Positions 54,659 through 64,000 of a stretch of 64,000 nt of DNA are shown one piece after another (within the stretch, counting starts at the first letter, position 1; every line of letters starts with the position of its first letter). The notes below the pieces were generated by a model. The model was given only the letters and a program-made list of their open reading frames with translations, was not told the origin of the DNA and searched no databases. Location of the stretch: assembly GCA_013388835.1 (NCBI GenBank), contig JACAEL010000038.1:171-64170 (forward strand), in the 5' to 3' direction. The position numbers were made by a program, and so were the translations under genes. The stretch is from Candidatus Thorarchaeota archaeon (GTDB lineage Archaea; Asgardarchaeota; Thorarchaeia; Thorarchaeales; Thorarchaeaceae).

Positions 54659-56178
54659 TGCAGACTCTCGAACTGCCGCTCATGGCCTCGTCGCTGGTTG
54701 TCCTCTTCATTGGAGGGCTCATCATCTACCTGCTCAGGGGTAAACTACAGGGGTCGGCTGGCAAGGTTGCAGTCGGCTTCTCATCGCTGTCAGTCGCGCT
54801 CATGATACCACCTTTCTACAGAGTGCTCGTGGAGAGAGGCACGGCATACGAGGGCTTCAGGTGGTCTGCAGTGCTTGGTGAGTTCGGCCTCAACCTCGAC
54901 CAGATAGCCTTCCCCATCACGTTCGCCATTGTAGTGCTCGGTTTCTTCTCAGTGTTGTACGCAGTGGGATACACTGAGCATACTGAGAACAGACCGACCT
55001 TCTTCGCCAATCAGCTGTTCTTTCTGATGGGCATGCAATGGGTCACTCTTGCAACCAACATCCTGGAGTTCTTCATCGCGTGGGAGCTCATGCTGGTTCC
55101 CAGCTACTTCCTCATTCTCTTCTGGGGACTGCCTGAGACCAGACAGCGAACAGCCATGAAGTTCTGGCTGTACACACAGAGCGGCGCAGTCACCATATTC
55201 ATCGGTCTGGCGCTGCTATACTATGTTTCGGGAGCGAGCAGTTTCGATATCGCAGTCATTCAGGCGGCGTATCCGCTCTTCGCTGGTCAGTCCCAACTCC
55301 TCAAGTTGATCTTCGTCCTGTTGGCGGCGGGTTTCCTTGTGAAGATGGCCGTCGTTCCGCTTCACTGGTGGTTGCCGCCCGTGCATGCTGAGGCCCCCAC
55401 ACCAATCTCAGTACTCCTCTCCGGCGCCATGATCGAGACAGGCGCATATGCGCTGGTCAGATTCGGGACGATAACTATGCCGGGGACGGCAAGGGAACTG
55501 TCATTTGTAGTCGCCGCGGTTGGCGTGGTCACCATGTTCTATGGTGGGTTCATGGCACTCGCACAGAAGGACATCAAGCGCCTCCTCGCATACTCGTCGG
55601 TCTCACAGATGGGCTACGTCCTGTTCGCTCTTGGCACCTTCTCATCCTTTGGTATGGCCGGAGGACTCTTCCATCTCATCAACCACGCATTCTCCAAGGG
55701 CCTGCTCTTCATGACCGCGGGCGCCGTGATACACCAGACACATCTACGCGACATTGATCTCATGGGTGGTCTCCACAACAAGATGCCAGTGACCGCCTTC
55801 GCTGCAGCGATAGGCGCAATGAGTATTGCCGGGAGTCCTCCGCTCTCCGGCTTTGCGAGCGAGTGGATGATGTTCCTCGGCGGCTTTCAGGCTGCGCTCA
55901 TCACGGACACCGGGGTCGGGTCAGTGCCATTTCTGGCCATCACGATACTGGCGCTCTCAAGCACGATTCTGAGTGCAGGCTATATGCTTCGCTTCCTCTG
56001 GAAGGTATTCCTGGGTCCACATCCTGAGACACTGGAAGATGTGAGAGAGGGTCCGAGGTCGATGACTGTCCCGATGATTGCCCTGTCCGTCCTCATTGTG
56101 CTGCTCGGAATACTACCCGGCCTAGTCCTCGACGTCATAACGGCGGGGACGAACGGCATTCCAAACATACTACCCTGA
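54634..56178 (+). CDS. Extra complex-I antiporter-like subunit (NuoN/NuoM-type, Mrp-antiporter fold), fourth such subunit in the operon
   Basis: 14-TM protein with the conserved PLHWWLPPVHAEAPTPISVLLSGAMIETGAYALVRF segment. The start may be the GTG/ATG just after the nuoI stop (54658 or 54682). Confidence 0.75.
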   Translation: MAWKEVQVVQTLELPLMASSLVVLFIGGLIIYLLRGKLQGSAGKVAVGFSSLSVALMIPPFYRVLVERGTAYEGFRWSAVLGEFGLNLDQIAFPITFAIVVLGFFSVLYAVGYTEHTENRPTFFANQLFFLMGMQWVTLATNILEFFIAWELMLVPSYFLILFWGLPETRQRTAMKFWLYTQSGAVTIFIGLALLYYVSGASSFDIAVIQAAYPLFAGQSQLLKLIFVLLAAGFLVKMAVVPLHWWLPPVHAEAPTPISVLLSGAMIETGAYALVRFGTITMPGTARELSFVVAAVGVVTMFYGGFMALAQKDIKRLLAYSSVSQMGYVLFALGTFSSFGMAGGLFHLINHAFSKGLLFMTAGAVIHQTHLRDIDLMGGLHNKMPVTAFAAAIGAMSIAGSPPLSGFASEWMMFLGGFQAALITDTGVGSVPFLAITILALSSTILSAGYMLRFLWKVFLGPHPETLEDVREGPRSMTVPMIALSVLIVLLGILPGLVLDVITAGTNGIPNILP

Positions 56179-56189
56179 GGTGAGGTCAA

Positions 56190-58454
56190 GTGCTGCTAGG
56201 ACTGCCCTACTATCTGATTGTCGTGATTCCTCTGGCAGGCTCTCTGTTCGTCCCACTGGTCGGTCGCTTCAACGAGAGGCTCCGCGACTGGACTCCAGCG
56301 ATTCTCATGGGTATCAGCATGGTCTTGTGCTGGTCGCTGCTGGGAGACATGGACGCTCCTCAGGGGCCGACGAGTTGGGTGTGGATTGCGTCGCTGAATC
56401 TCCACTTCGAGCTTCTCATAGATCCCCTCTCGGTCATCATGGCAATACTCTCAAGCACACTCTGTTTCCTCATCTATGTCTACTCCACAGAGTACATGGC
56501 ACACGAGGGCGACCGTGACAGATTCTTCTTTCTCATGCTTGCCTTTGGCGGCGGGATGCTCACACTTGTCCTGAGCAACAACCTGCTCATCGCCTTCATC
56601 GGCTGGGAGATCATGGGCTTCTGCTCCTACGGTCTCATAGGCTTCTGGACCGACAGGCGAAATCCCCCTGAGACCGACCCGACCGATGTGAAGTATGGCA
56701 ACTCCTTGCTCAGCTTCAAGACAGAGGGACAGTACAACACCCACTGTGGCACAAAGGCATTCATCGTGACGCGGGTGGGCGACGCATTCATGCTCGGAGG
56801 CATCCTGCTCCTGTTTGCGTTCGCGGGGACCTTCTCATTCACCGGCACCGAGTCTCTGTCAAGCAATGCCAATGACTGGTGGGGTGGTCTCGCTGCCATC
56901 GGCCTGCTCATTCCCACACTTCTGTTGATATTCATGGGTGCGATCGGGAAGTCAGGACAGGTGCCCCTTCAGGTCTGGCTGCCGGAGGCCATGGCTGGGC
57001 CAACATCCGTGTCCGCGCTCATTCATGCGGCAACAATGGTCAAGGCGGGTGTGTACATCACTGCACGCTTCGTCGTCACCATTGCCGGTGCGTCGGGAAT
57101 CAGCGAAGGCGGACATGGCCTGTGGACCCCGCTTCAGCAGGTTGGCATGGAGTCCGCATTCACATTCTTCCTGATTGTGGGTGTGATCGGTGGTCTCACC
57201 GCCTTCATGACCGCTACAATGGGCATGGTGTCCATGGAGCTGAAGCAGGTGTTGGCGTTCTCCACGCTGAGCCAGCTCGGATACATGATGCTGGCTCTGG
57301 GCACAGCAGGCATGCTGGGCACTCACTACGAGCCGGCCTACCTCAGCAGTGTGCTCCATGTGGTGAGCCACGGCGCGTTCAAGGCCCTTCTCTTCCTTGC
57401 TGCGGGTGGAGTGATCCACGCAACGCACACCAAGTACATGACCAAGATGGGCGGACTCAGAAGCAAGATGCCAAAGACATTCGCGGTCATGGTCATAGGC
57501 GTCCTTGCACTGTCCGGTATCCCTCCATTCTCAGGCTTCTGGTCAAAGGACTCCATAATCGAGTACGCGTATGAGCTGGCCCTCCATGAGAGCGTCGGTC
57601 TGTTACTCTTCGTGCTGGCCGTTGGAGCTGCAGCATGTACCATCTTCTACTCCATCCGTCTTGTCGGCATGACCTTCTTAGGAAGTCCGCATGAATCACC
57701 TGCAGAGACCACAACAGCTGCAACAGCCCACGACGACTCACACAGGCCGGACGAGGAGCACAAGGACGAGGGCCACGACAGCGGCGCTCACCACGCTTCC
57801 GAGCCCCATGACCCCGGTCCTGCAATGATGATTCCTCTGTATGTGCTGGCGGCCTTCACTGTGTTTGCATTTGCCGTCTTTCCCTTCATCCAGTCGCTGG
57901 TAATGCATGAGGGGCCCATGACCCCCGAACTGTATGCGGGCCTCCTCCTTGAGATGATGTGGGTCAAGGTCTCTCCGGAGGGAATAGTGCCGTTCGGCAT
58001 CACACTGTTGGCCCTGGCGGCGGGTGCCATACCTGCCTGGAGGATCTATGTCAGGGGCGCTGGCAGACACAACCGGGTCATTCCCGAGACCGGGCTTGCC
58101 CGACGGGTGTACAGTTTCCTCCGTCACCGCTGGTACATCAACGAGTCGTACTACTGGCTTGTTGGGAAGTTCCTTCGCTTCACCGAGTCCTGGAGAGTGA
58201 GGATTGACAACCGAGTCATAGACGGGATTGACTTTGGCTCCGCAAGAGCTGCGCGGGTCCTCTCCAAGAAGGTGCGCTGGTTTGATGACAATGTCATTGA
58301 TGGTTTCGCAGAGGGCATTGCAAAGACCGGCATCAGTGCGTCCGAGTCCAGCCAGACCTTGCAGACAGGTCGAGTCAACGACTACGTGGGTGTGATGATA
58401 TTCGGGACGGGCCTGATACTCATCCTGGTCCTGATAGTGATGGGGGTGATATAG
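56190..58454 (+). CDS. nuoL: NADH-quinone oxidoreductase subunit L (ND5) with long C-terminal extension and His/acid-rich insertion
   Basis: GWEIMGFCSYGLIGFW…, …LPEAMAGPTSVSALIHAATMV…; 754 aa with a C-terminal lateral-helix region; insert …HDDSHRPDEEHKDEGHDSGAHHASEPHD…. Confidence 0.85.
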   Translation: MLLGLPYYLIVVIPLAGSLFVPLVGRFNERLRDWTPAILMGISMVLCWSLLGDMDAPQGPTSWVWIASLNLHFELLIDPLSVIMAILSSTLCFLIYVYSTEYMAHEGDRDRFFFLMLAFGGGMLTLVLSNNLLIAFIGWEIMGFCSYGLIGFWTDRRNPPETDPTDVKYGNSLLSFKTEGQYNTHCGTKAFIVTRVGDAFMLGGILLLFAFAGTFSFTGTESLSSNANDWWGGLAAIGLLIPTLLLIFMGAIGKSGQVPLQVWLPEAMAGPTSVSALIHAATMVKAGVYITARFVVTIAGASGISEGGHGLWTPLQQVGMESAFTFFLIVGVIGGLTAFMTATMGMVSMELKQVLAFSTLSQLGYMMLALGTAGMLGTHYEPAYLSSVLHVVSHGAFKALLFLAAGGVIHATHTKYMTKMGGLRSKMPKTFAVMVIGVLALSGIPPFSGFWSKDSIIEYAYELALHESVGLLLFVLAVGAAACTIFYSIRLVGMTFLGSPHESPAETTTAATAHDDSHRPDEEHKDEGHDSGAHHASEPHDPGPAMMIPLYVLAAFTVFAFAVFPFIQSLVMHEGPMTPELYAGLLLEMMWVKVSPEGIVPFGITLLALAAGAIPAWRIYVRGAGRHNRVIPETGLARRVYSFLRHRWYINESYYWLVGKFLRFTESWRVRIDNRVIDGIDFGSARAARVLSKKVRWFDDNVIDGFAEGIAKTGISASESSQTLQTGRVNDYVGVMIFGTGLILILVLIVMGVI

Positions 58455-59993
58455 ATGCAGTCCGAACTAGCCCGTACCCTTCTGTCGCTTCTGCCGCTTG
58501 GACCACTGTGGTTCATGCTAGTCCTTCCTCTCTTCATGTCGTTTGTCGCATACCTTGCGGGCAAGAAACTGGCGCGACCAGTCGCCATTCTTACCACGCT
58601 CGTTGAGCTCGTGATTGCGGTCGCCCTCGCTCTGGCTTATGACACATCGACTCTTGCCGCTCCGTACCTGGACTACGTCTCAACCTATACGATGGGAGCG
58701 CTCCCCTACCACAGTGCAATCATCCAGCTGATAGTCGGCGTCGATGGCATCTCAGTGGTGATGGTCGTACTCTCAAGTCTGGTTGTGTTTGTCGCGGTAC
58801 TGAGTGCAACTCACATCCATGAGTCTGAGGGGACATTCTACATGCTGATGTTGCTCCTGCAGACAGGCCTCACCGGTGTGTTCGTATCACTTGACCTGAT
58901 GGGCTTCTTCGTCTTCTGGGAACTCGTACTCATCCCAATGTTCTTCGTCATAGGCAAGTTTGGGGAGGAGGGCTGTCGTCACGCTGCAATCAAGTTCTTC
59001 ATCTACACCCATCTCGGTTCGCTGGCAATGCTCCTCGGCTTCTTCGCTCTCTTCTTTGCAGGTGGGTACACCTTCGACATGGTGGCTCTGAGGAACACCC
59101 CACTGGCGCCCGAGGTGCAGATTGGCTTCGCCTTAGCGGTCTTTCTCGGCGCGGGAGTCAAGCTGCCCGTGTGGCCTCTACACAACTGGCTTCCGTGGGC
59201 ACATGTCAAGGCTCCAACCCCAGGTTCGGTCATTCTTGCTGGAATCCTACTCAAGATGGGTGGCTACGCTTTCATCCGACTGGGCGTCTGGCTGAATCCC
59301 GTGGCATTCTCACGCCTCGCAATCCCGTTCGCTGTCGTCGCGGTCTTCACCTGTATCTACGCAGCTTTCACCGCCATGGCTCAGACGGACTTGAAATCGA
59401 TGGTGGCGTACACTTCTATCAACCATATGGCCTGGGTCTTGCTCGGTGTGGCAATCGGTACTGAACTCGCGCTACAGGGAGCAGTGTTCATGATGTTCAG
59501 TCATGGCGCCATCATCTCGGTGCTCTTCATTGTGGCAGGCCAGATGAAGTACTCTGCGGGCAGTCGCGAGATACCTGCAATTCAGGGACTGTCCAAGAGG
59601 GCACCGCGCCTCTCTGCCCTGTTCGTACTCGCCTCGCTCGCAGCTTTTGGTCTCCCAGGTCTCAGCGGCTTCATAGCTGAGGCCCTTGTACTCTTTGGCT
59701 GGGCCACCCTGCTCACCATCTCGAACTTCATGGTGTGGATATGGGCTTCCTTGATCACCTTTGCGATATTCATCACGGTGGGTTACTTCCTGTGGACCCT
59801 GAACCGGACTGTCTTCAGCGAGTCCGACCCTACCAAGGAGGTCTCAGACGCACCACTGCGTGACCTGGTTGCCCCTGTGCTCATGATGGTCCCTGTGTTT
59901 GTCTTGGGCCTCTGGCCCGACCTCGTGATAGTCCAGATACAGCAGGTCATTCGCTTCATAGTCAGTAGTATGGCCGGAGGAGGTGTCCCATAG
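58455..59993 (+). CDS. nuoM: NADH-quinone oxidoreductase subunit M (ND4)
   Basis: LPVWPLHNWLPWAHVKAPTPGSVILAGILLKMGGYAFIRL matches the NuoM signature. Confidence 0.8.
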   Translation: MQSELARTLLSLLPLGPLWFMLVLPLFMSFVAYLAGKKLARPVAILTTLVELVIAVALALAYDTSTLAAPYLDYVSTYTMGALPYHSAIIQLIVGVDGISVVMVVLSSLVVFVAVLSATHIHESEGTFYMLMLLLQTGLTGVFVSLDLMGFFVFWELVLIPMFFVIGKFGEEGCRHAAIKFFIYTHLGSLAMLLGFFALFFAGGYTFDMVALRNTPLAPEVQIGFALAVFLGAGVKLPVWPLHNWLPWAHVKAPTPGSVILAGILLKMGGYAFIRLGVWLNPVAFSRLAIPFAVVAVFTCIYAAFTAMAQTDLKSMVAYTSINHMAWVLLGVAIGTELALQGAVFMMFSHGAIISVLFIVAGQMKYSAGSREIPAIQGLSKRAPRLSALFVLASLAAFGLPGLSGFIAEALVLFGWATLLTISNFMVWIWASLITFAIFITVGYFLWTLNRTVFSESDPTKEVSDAPLRDLVAPVLMMVPVFVLGLWPDLVIVQIQQVIRFIVSSMAGGGVP

Positions 59994-61488
59994 GATGCAG
60001 CAACTCACATGGCTAGTTGACGCTCTCAGAGCTCTCTTTGCACCACTTACGGACGAGATCGAGTCAGTAATCCCAACAGACCTCGTGGGTTCACTTCCCG
60101 CTCTCACGCTGGTGGCGTTCGGTCTGTTGGCGCTACTCGTGGGACTGAGGTACAATCCCCTTTCCCTGAGCCTGCTCGGTGTGGTGGTCGCTTCATTTGA
60201 GATGGTCCTGTTTGATGCCACAGGTCCCTCGTTCGGGTCGCTCTTCGTCAGGGACGGTCTGTCCGACTTCTTCATCTACATAGTCTTGATTGTGGCGTTC
60301 CTGATGCTTGTGTCATCTTCGTCCTTTGACGGCGACACAGGCGCATACAACTTCCTGTTGATGATGTCGTTCGCTGGGGCCATATGGGTTGTCATGGCGG
60401 CGGACCTCATTGCCCTCTTTGTTGCATGGGAGCTGATGTCCACTCCAACCTACGTGCTGGTAGCCATGAGTCCCAATCGCTCTGGCATTGATGGCGCGAC
60501 CAAGTACTTTGTCATGGGCCTGATGTCCACCATGCTCATCCTTCTTGGGATTGCACTGCTGTATGGAGTCACTGGGACCACACAGATGGCTGCAGTAGGG
60601 AGGGCAGTCTCAGATGTGTGGAACACCGTTCCTGTCGGTCAGGCAGCATACACGATACTACTGGCAATCGTACTGCTGGTCGTCGCATTCGGTTTCAAGA
60701 TAGGTGTGTTTCCGGGCTGGATGTGGGTGCCTGACACCTACTCGGCTGCAGATGGCAACATCGCGGGGTATCTTGCAGGCGCAACCAAGAAGACCGGCGT
60801 AGCGGCCATCATTCGACTGCTCTTTGTGGCACTCGCTGTCGCAAGATACGAATGGATATGGGTCCTCGCTCTCGTCTCGGTGCTCACCATGACCATAGGC
60901 AACTACCTGGCGCTTGGACAGAAGAGCGTGGTGAGAATGCTCGCCTTCAGCAGCATAGCCATGATGGGTTATCTCTTCATGGGCATTGCCGCCAGCACCG
61001 AGTTCGGCGTGGCCGCAGCATCGTTCCACGCACTTGTGCACGCACTCATGAAAGGGGGCGCCTTCATCCTGATCTGGGCGATATCTCTCAAGATGGCAAA
61101 GGATGTGACCTACGACGATCTGGCCGGACTGGGCAAGCGGTCGCCACTGGCTGCAGGCATACTGGCCGTCCTTGTGCTCTCGCTGATAGGGGTCCCGTTT
61201 GCAGCTGGATTCTGGTCCAAGATATTCCTTCTTTGGAGCGCTGTCGATGCCGGTCTGTGGTGGTTGGCCGTGCTAGGCATACTGAACATGGTCATGTCCC
61301 TCGGCTACTACGTTCCACTTCTCTCCAAGATGTACCAGGAGGAGCCGTCAGACAGCACACCCTTGTCCGTTGCAAGAGCACCGCTGTTCGTTTCAGCAGT
61401 ATGCGCGGTTCTGTTGGTGATAATGATGATAGACTGGGGTCTGGCCATGGACTACGCTTGGTCTGCCGGAAGTGCGCTCTTTCCCTAG
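59983..61488 (+). CDS. nuoN: NADH-quinone oxidoreductase subunit N (ND2)
   Basis: 14-TM antiporter-like protein, divergent PDxYxxA region (FPGWMWVPDTYSAADGNIAGYLAGATK); last gene of operon. Confidence 0.75.
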   Translation: MSHRMQQLTWLVDALRALFAPLTDEIESVIPTDLVGSLPALTLVAFGLLALLVGLRYNPLSLSLLGVVVASFEMVLFDATGPSFGSLFVRDGLSDFFIYIVLIVAFLMLVSSSSFDGDTGAYNFLLMMSFAGAIWVVMAADLIALFVAWELMSTPTYVLVAMSPNRSGIDGATKYFVMGLMSTMLILLGIALLYGVTGTTQMAAVGRAVSDVWNTVPVGQAAYTILLAIVLLVVAFGFKIGVFPGWMWVPDTYSAADGNIAGYLAGATKKTGVAAIIRLLFVALAVARYEWIWVLALVSVLTMTIGNYLALGQKSVVRMLAFSSIAMMGYLFMGIAASTEFGVAAASFHALVHALMKGGAFILIWAISLKMAKDVTYDDLAGLGKRSPLAAGILAVLVLSLIGVPFAAGFWSKIFLLWSAVDAGLWWLAVLGILNMVMSLGYYVPLLSKMYQEEPSDSTPLSVARAPLFVSAVCAVLLVIMMIDWGLAMDYAWSAGSALFP

Positions 61489-61552
61489 CGAGGAATGCCT
61501 TGTGTCCGCTGCACATGATTGACATCTCATGGAGACCTCCCTCGTCCCTCTG

Positions 61553-62428
61553 TCAACCAAGCCGCTTTTCAAAGAGGAGTATCGAGAATCTCTCCACCCA
61601 CTTCGGGACCCAACGTTCTGCGAGTAGGATGTGCCTGAATCTCAACGGGTAGATGCCCATGAGGAACGGACGTCCCTCTGCTCTTGCCAAGAATACCTGA
61701 GAGTAGAGTGCTCTTGTGAAGTCGCTCGGCGTCTCCGCGTAGATTGCAGTTGACCAGCCGCTGTCCTGTCCCTCTGTCCTGACAGAACCGAAAGTGACGG
61801 ACCCAATGCGCTCGTTGTCGGTCAGGATGTAAGCTCGTGCACTCTGTAGTACCTGGGAGATGCCTTCCGAGCAGAAGTCATAGGCTTTCCAGTCGTGGAT
61901 TATCACTCCGTCCGAGAAGAGATGTGCTGCCCCCTTGAGTATTCTCTCTGCAGCATCGCGCTCAGCATACTGAGGGGACTCCTTGACACCGCCCTTCTTC
62001 ACGCGTTTCAGCCCGCCTTTCCAGAAGACCCCCATTTCAGCTCTCACACTCATTCCGATACTTTTCGCGAGGCTTATTGAAGCAGAGTTGGTCGAGTCTG
62101 TGGTGTACCTGAGTCGCTCTACTCCCGCATTCCTGCCTTCCTTTACAAGCTCGTCTGTGAGGACCTTCGCCAGACCCTTCCGCCGATACCTGGGATGCAC
62201 TCTCAGCCCTTCCATCCACCCTGTGCGTCCAGAGTCAATCATGTGAAGGTTCGCAAGTCCGATGATTCTTCCTGCAACCTCGAGTCCAACCAGACGACAG
62301 CTGGGACTCTTGAGCCACTCGTCGAGCTGAGAGGGCATATAGTCGTGACCGCCCCAGGTCCTTCTTGCAATCTCGAGCACGTCATCTCTGTCTGACTCGA
62401 CCACACGACGAACCGTAAAGTCAACCAT
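61553..62428 (-). CDS. GNAT-family acetyltransferase (N-terminal GNAT plus C-terminal extension)
   Basis: MVDFTVRRVVESDRDDVLEIARRTWGG…RYRRKGLAKVL acetyl-CoA motif. The ORF is open to 62467; the Met at 62428 is preferred. Confidence 0.6.
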   Translation of the reverse strand: MVDFTVRRVVESDRDDVLEIARRTWGGHDYMPSQLDEWLKSPSCRLVGLEVAGRIIGLANLHMIDSGRTGWMEGLRVHPRYRRKGLAKVLTDELVKEGRNAGVERLRYTTDSTNSASISLAKSIGMSVRAEMGVFWKGGLKRVKKGGVKESPQYAERDAAERILKGAAHLFSDGVIIHDWKAYDFCSEGISQVLQSARAYILTDNERIGSVTFGSVRTEGQDSGWSTAIYAETPSDFTRALYSQVFLARAEGRPFLMGIYPLRFRHILLAERWVPKWVERFSILLFEKRLG

Positions 62429-62672
62429 GTTGGAGTCACTCCTGACAAATGGAATGCTTGCTACCATTGAGCGTCTTGGCTGGTGCGGCCATACGTATAA
62501 TGCATTCTATCGCAGCGACCGAGTGTAATCGCATAATCACCAGACTGGCTTCCGGACGTCGCAGATGCCGCGCAGTTCAGACTCATCACAATCCGTGAGA
62601 CGTGTGTGTCAAAGGGCATTGCAACAGCGTCACATGTTGGCGGTTCAGAATCATCCGAGTCCCTGCGGATGG

Positions 62673-63563
62673 CTACAGCAGCTCCCGTATGCGGGTCAGT
62701 ATTGCGGACCTTATCTCTCTGAGCGCCTGCTCGTAGTCCTTGAAGGAGACCGCCTTCACACCCGCACTCTCCGCAAGGTGTACCAGGTAGTCCTGTATCT
62801 CCCGAGCCCTCTCGAAGTGAAGGGCTCTCTCCTCTGGGCTGTGAGTCACGGTCCTCAGGCCGCCAGCGCCACTCTTGCTCATGAACATCGAGCGGTGGAT
62901 TGCCTCCGAAGGGTTGATCACCAGCTCGATGACGCTTGCTCCTGCGTCTTGTATTGAACCCGGAATCACATGCACTCCGTCGATGACGCACTCCAGACCC
63001 TCGCTCAGAATCCGCTCGACGGCATTTCTCAGGTGCGGGACGATCATGTCACACTGGGCCAGATAACCTCTCACCGAGGGGGACAAGGTGCTTGGTCCCG
63101 TCTGCTTGTACCTGTGTGCCTCATATGTGTGGCAGAACAACTCGGGATGCTCGTCCTCTGAGTGGATAGTCCGCAAGACCTGACGCAGCGAGTCCGTGCC
63201 AATCACTCTGGTAGCGCTGAGATCGGCAGCCACCTCCAGTGCCAGCATTGACTTACCTGTCGCCGACGCTCCTTCCAAAGCAACAACAATGGGGGACGGC
63301 CCTCCTGTCTCTCTTCTGCGTCTTTCAAACTCAGCAAGCATTGTCCACCGCCGCACAACTGCTTCTCCCAGCGCTGACAGCTCATCTTCAAGGAACCTGT
63401 TCAGAGCACTCAGCTCAAGGGGAGTAGAGCCTCTGGTGAGTCTCTGCGCCACAGCCTCCATGACTTCGGTCTGTTGACGAAGAGTGAGGCCGCACATACG
63501 GAGATGACCGGTCAGTACTGCAGGAGGATACGGGACGGACTGGCCGTCAAGAAGGACGAACAT
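62673..63563 (-). CDS. P-loop NTPase/kinase with N-terminal ATP-cone-like region (archaeal 2-phosphoglycerate-kinase-like)
   Basis: Walker A VALEGASATGKSMLALEV. The N-terminal MFVLLDGQSVPY…LTGHLRMCGLT resembles an ATP-cone. The ORF is open to 63713; start chosen to avoid overlap. Confidence 0.4.
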   Translation of the reverse strand: MFVLLDGQSVPYPPAVLTGHLRMCGLTLRQQTEVMEAVAQRLTRGSTPLELSALNRFLEDELSALGEAVVRRWTMLAEFERRRRETGGPSPIVVALEGASATGKSMLALEVAADLSATRVIGTDSLRQVLRTIHSEDEHPELFCHTYEAHRYKQTGPSTLSPSVRGYLAQCDMIVPHLRNAVERILSEGLECVIDGVHVIPGSIQDAGASVIELVINPSEAIHRSMFMSKSGAGGLRTVTHSPEERALHFERAREIQDYLVHLAESAGVKAVSFKDYEQALREIRSAILTRIRELL

Positions 63564-63604
63564 GGTGTGAGGATGAGCGGTCCTGTTCAAAAGGGAATCT
63601 CTTG

Positions 63605-64000
63605 TCAGAAGCCTCTGGAGCCACAGTAGCCACTGTCCTCTCTGCCCGGAGCACCCCAGAACGTCCGTCCCGTGCTGGAACGGCGTCGAGACGACGCATG
63701 ATGAGGCTTCCATGCGAAAGGACGACTCATATCATTGTCCATGTTGACATCGATGTCAACGTGTAATTCTCTCACAGTGGCTTGATGACCCTTCCTGAGC
63801 CTCATGCAATGGTCGTATACATCCACACTGACATCAGAAACAGAATAGACTCCACCCACCTTCATCTCAAGGGCATCCTCGTTCCATGCGACAAAAACGA
63901 TGGTGCCTGATGCGTCACCCACAAGGAGGTCTCTGACAACCAGTCTTCTGCCGGTGCTTCTTGCCACACCCCTGTACTCTCTGTCCACTCTCACCACTCT
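63605..64000 (-). CDS. Partial (5'-truncated by window edge) OB-fold-like protein, possibly ssDNA-binding/RPA-like
   Basis: VVRDLLVGDASGTIVFVAWNEDALEMKVGGVYSV is an OB-fold pattern typical of archaeal RPA/SSB; the gene continues beyond the window. Confidence 0.3.
   Translation of the reverse strand, partial: RVVRVDREYRGVARSTGRRLVVRDLLVGDASGTIVFVAWNEDALEMKVGGVYSVSDVSVDVYDHCMRLRKGHQATVRELHVDIDVNMDNDMSRPFAWKPHHASSRRRSSTGRTFWGAPGREDSGYCGSRGF

Overview
The window looks like archaeal chromosome (about 55-60% GC). Supporting signs are an Fpo-like 11-subunit complex I with no NuoEFG, an isoprenoid-lipid gene cluster (geranylgeranyl reductase, GGPP synthase, UbiA prenyltransferase), FwdE-family and 2-phosphoglycerate-kinase-like genes, and A/T-rich TATA-like boxes upstream of several starts. 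A Thermoplasmatota-like origin is a guess. Coding density is high except for about 27.2-31.5 kb, which looks like a decayed accessory patch. That patch holds an AbiEi-like wHTH gene, a truncated ABC-ATPase pseudogene, an HxlR regulator and a VapBC pair. The most unusual locus is 45.3-61.5 kb. A GlcF/HdrD-like CCG iron-sulfur protein sits divergently from a GlcD-type FAD-linked oxidase that is fused in frame to NuoB. NuoB is missing from the downstream nuo operon. Two small membrane proteins and a two-repeat CRISPR-like element (37-bp repeats, 36-bp spacer) follow. The nuo operon then runs nuoA-J-K-C-D-H-I plus four antiporter-like subunits (N/M-like, L, M, N). This suggests a complex-I-like pump fed directly by a 2-hydroxyacid dehydrogenase module in place of NuoEFG. 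A second candidate system at 14.1-17.0 kb is a RiPP-like locus. It has a membrane-anchored C39-like peptidase-domain protein, a divergent radical SAM/SPASM maturase and a 62-aa Cys-rich small ORF that could be the precursor. Other content is an AcuC/HDAC deacetylase, an SDR reductase, two MBL-fold hydrolases, a DUF255 thioredoxin-domain protein, an anchored family-5 solute-binding protein, a sensor histidine kinase with an SBP_bac_3 ectodomain, ArsR and wHTH regulators, a FwdE-family protein, a TauE/SafE exporter, a solitary MutS, GNAT acetyltransferases and several membrane proteins. All calls rest on motif recognition by eye in the supplied translations. No database search or computation was run.
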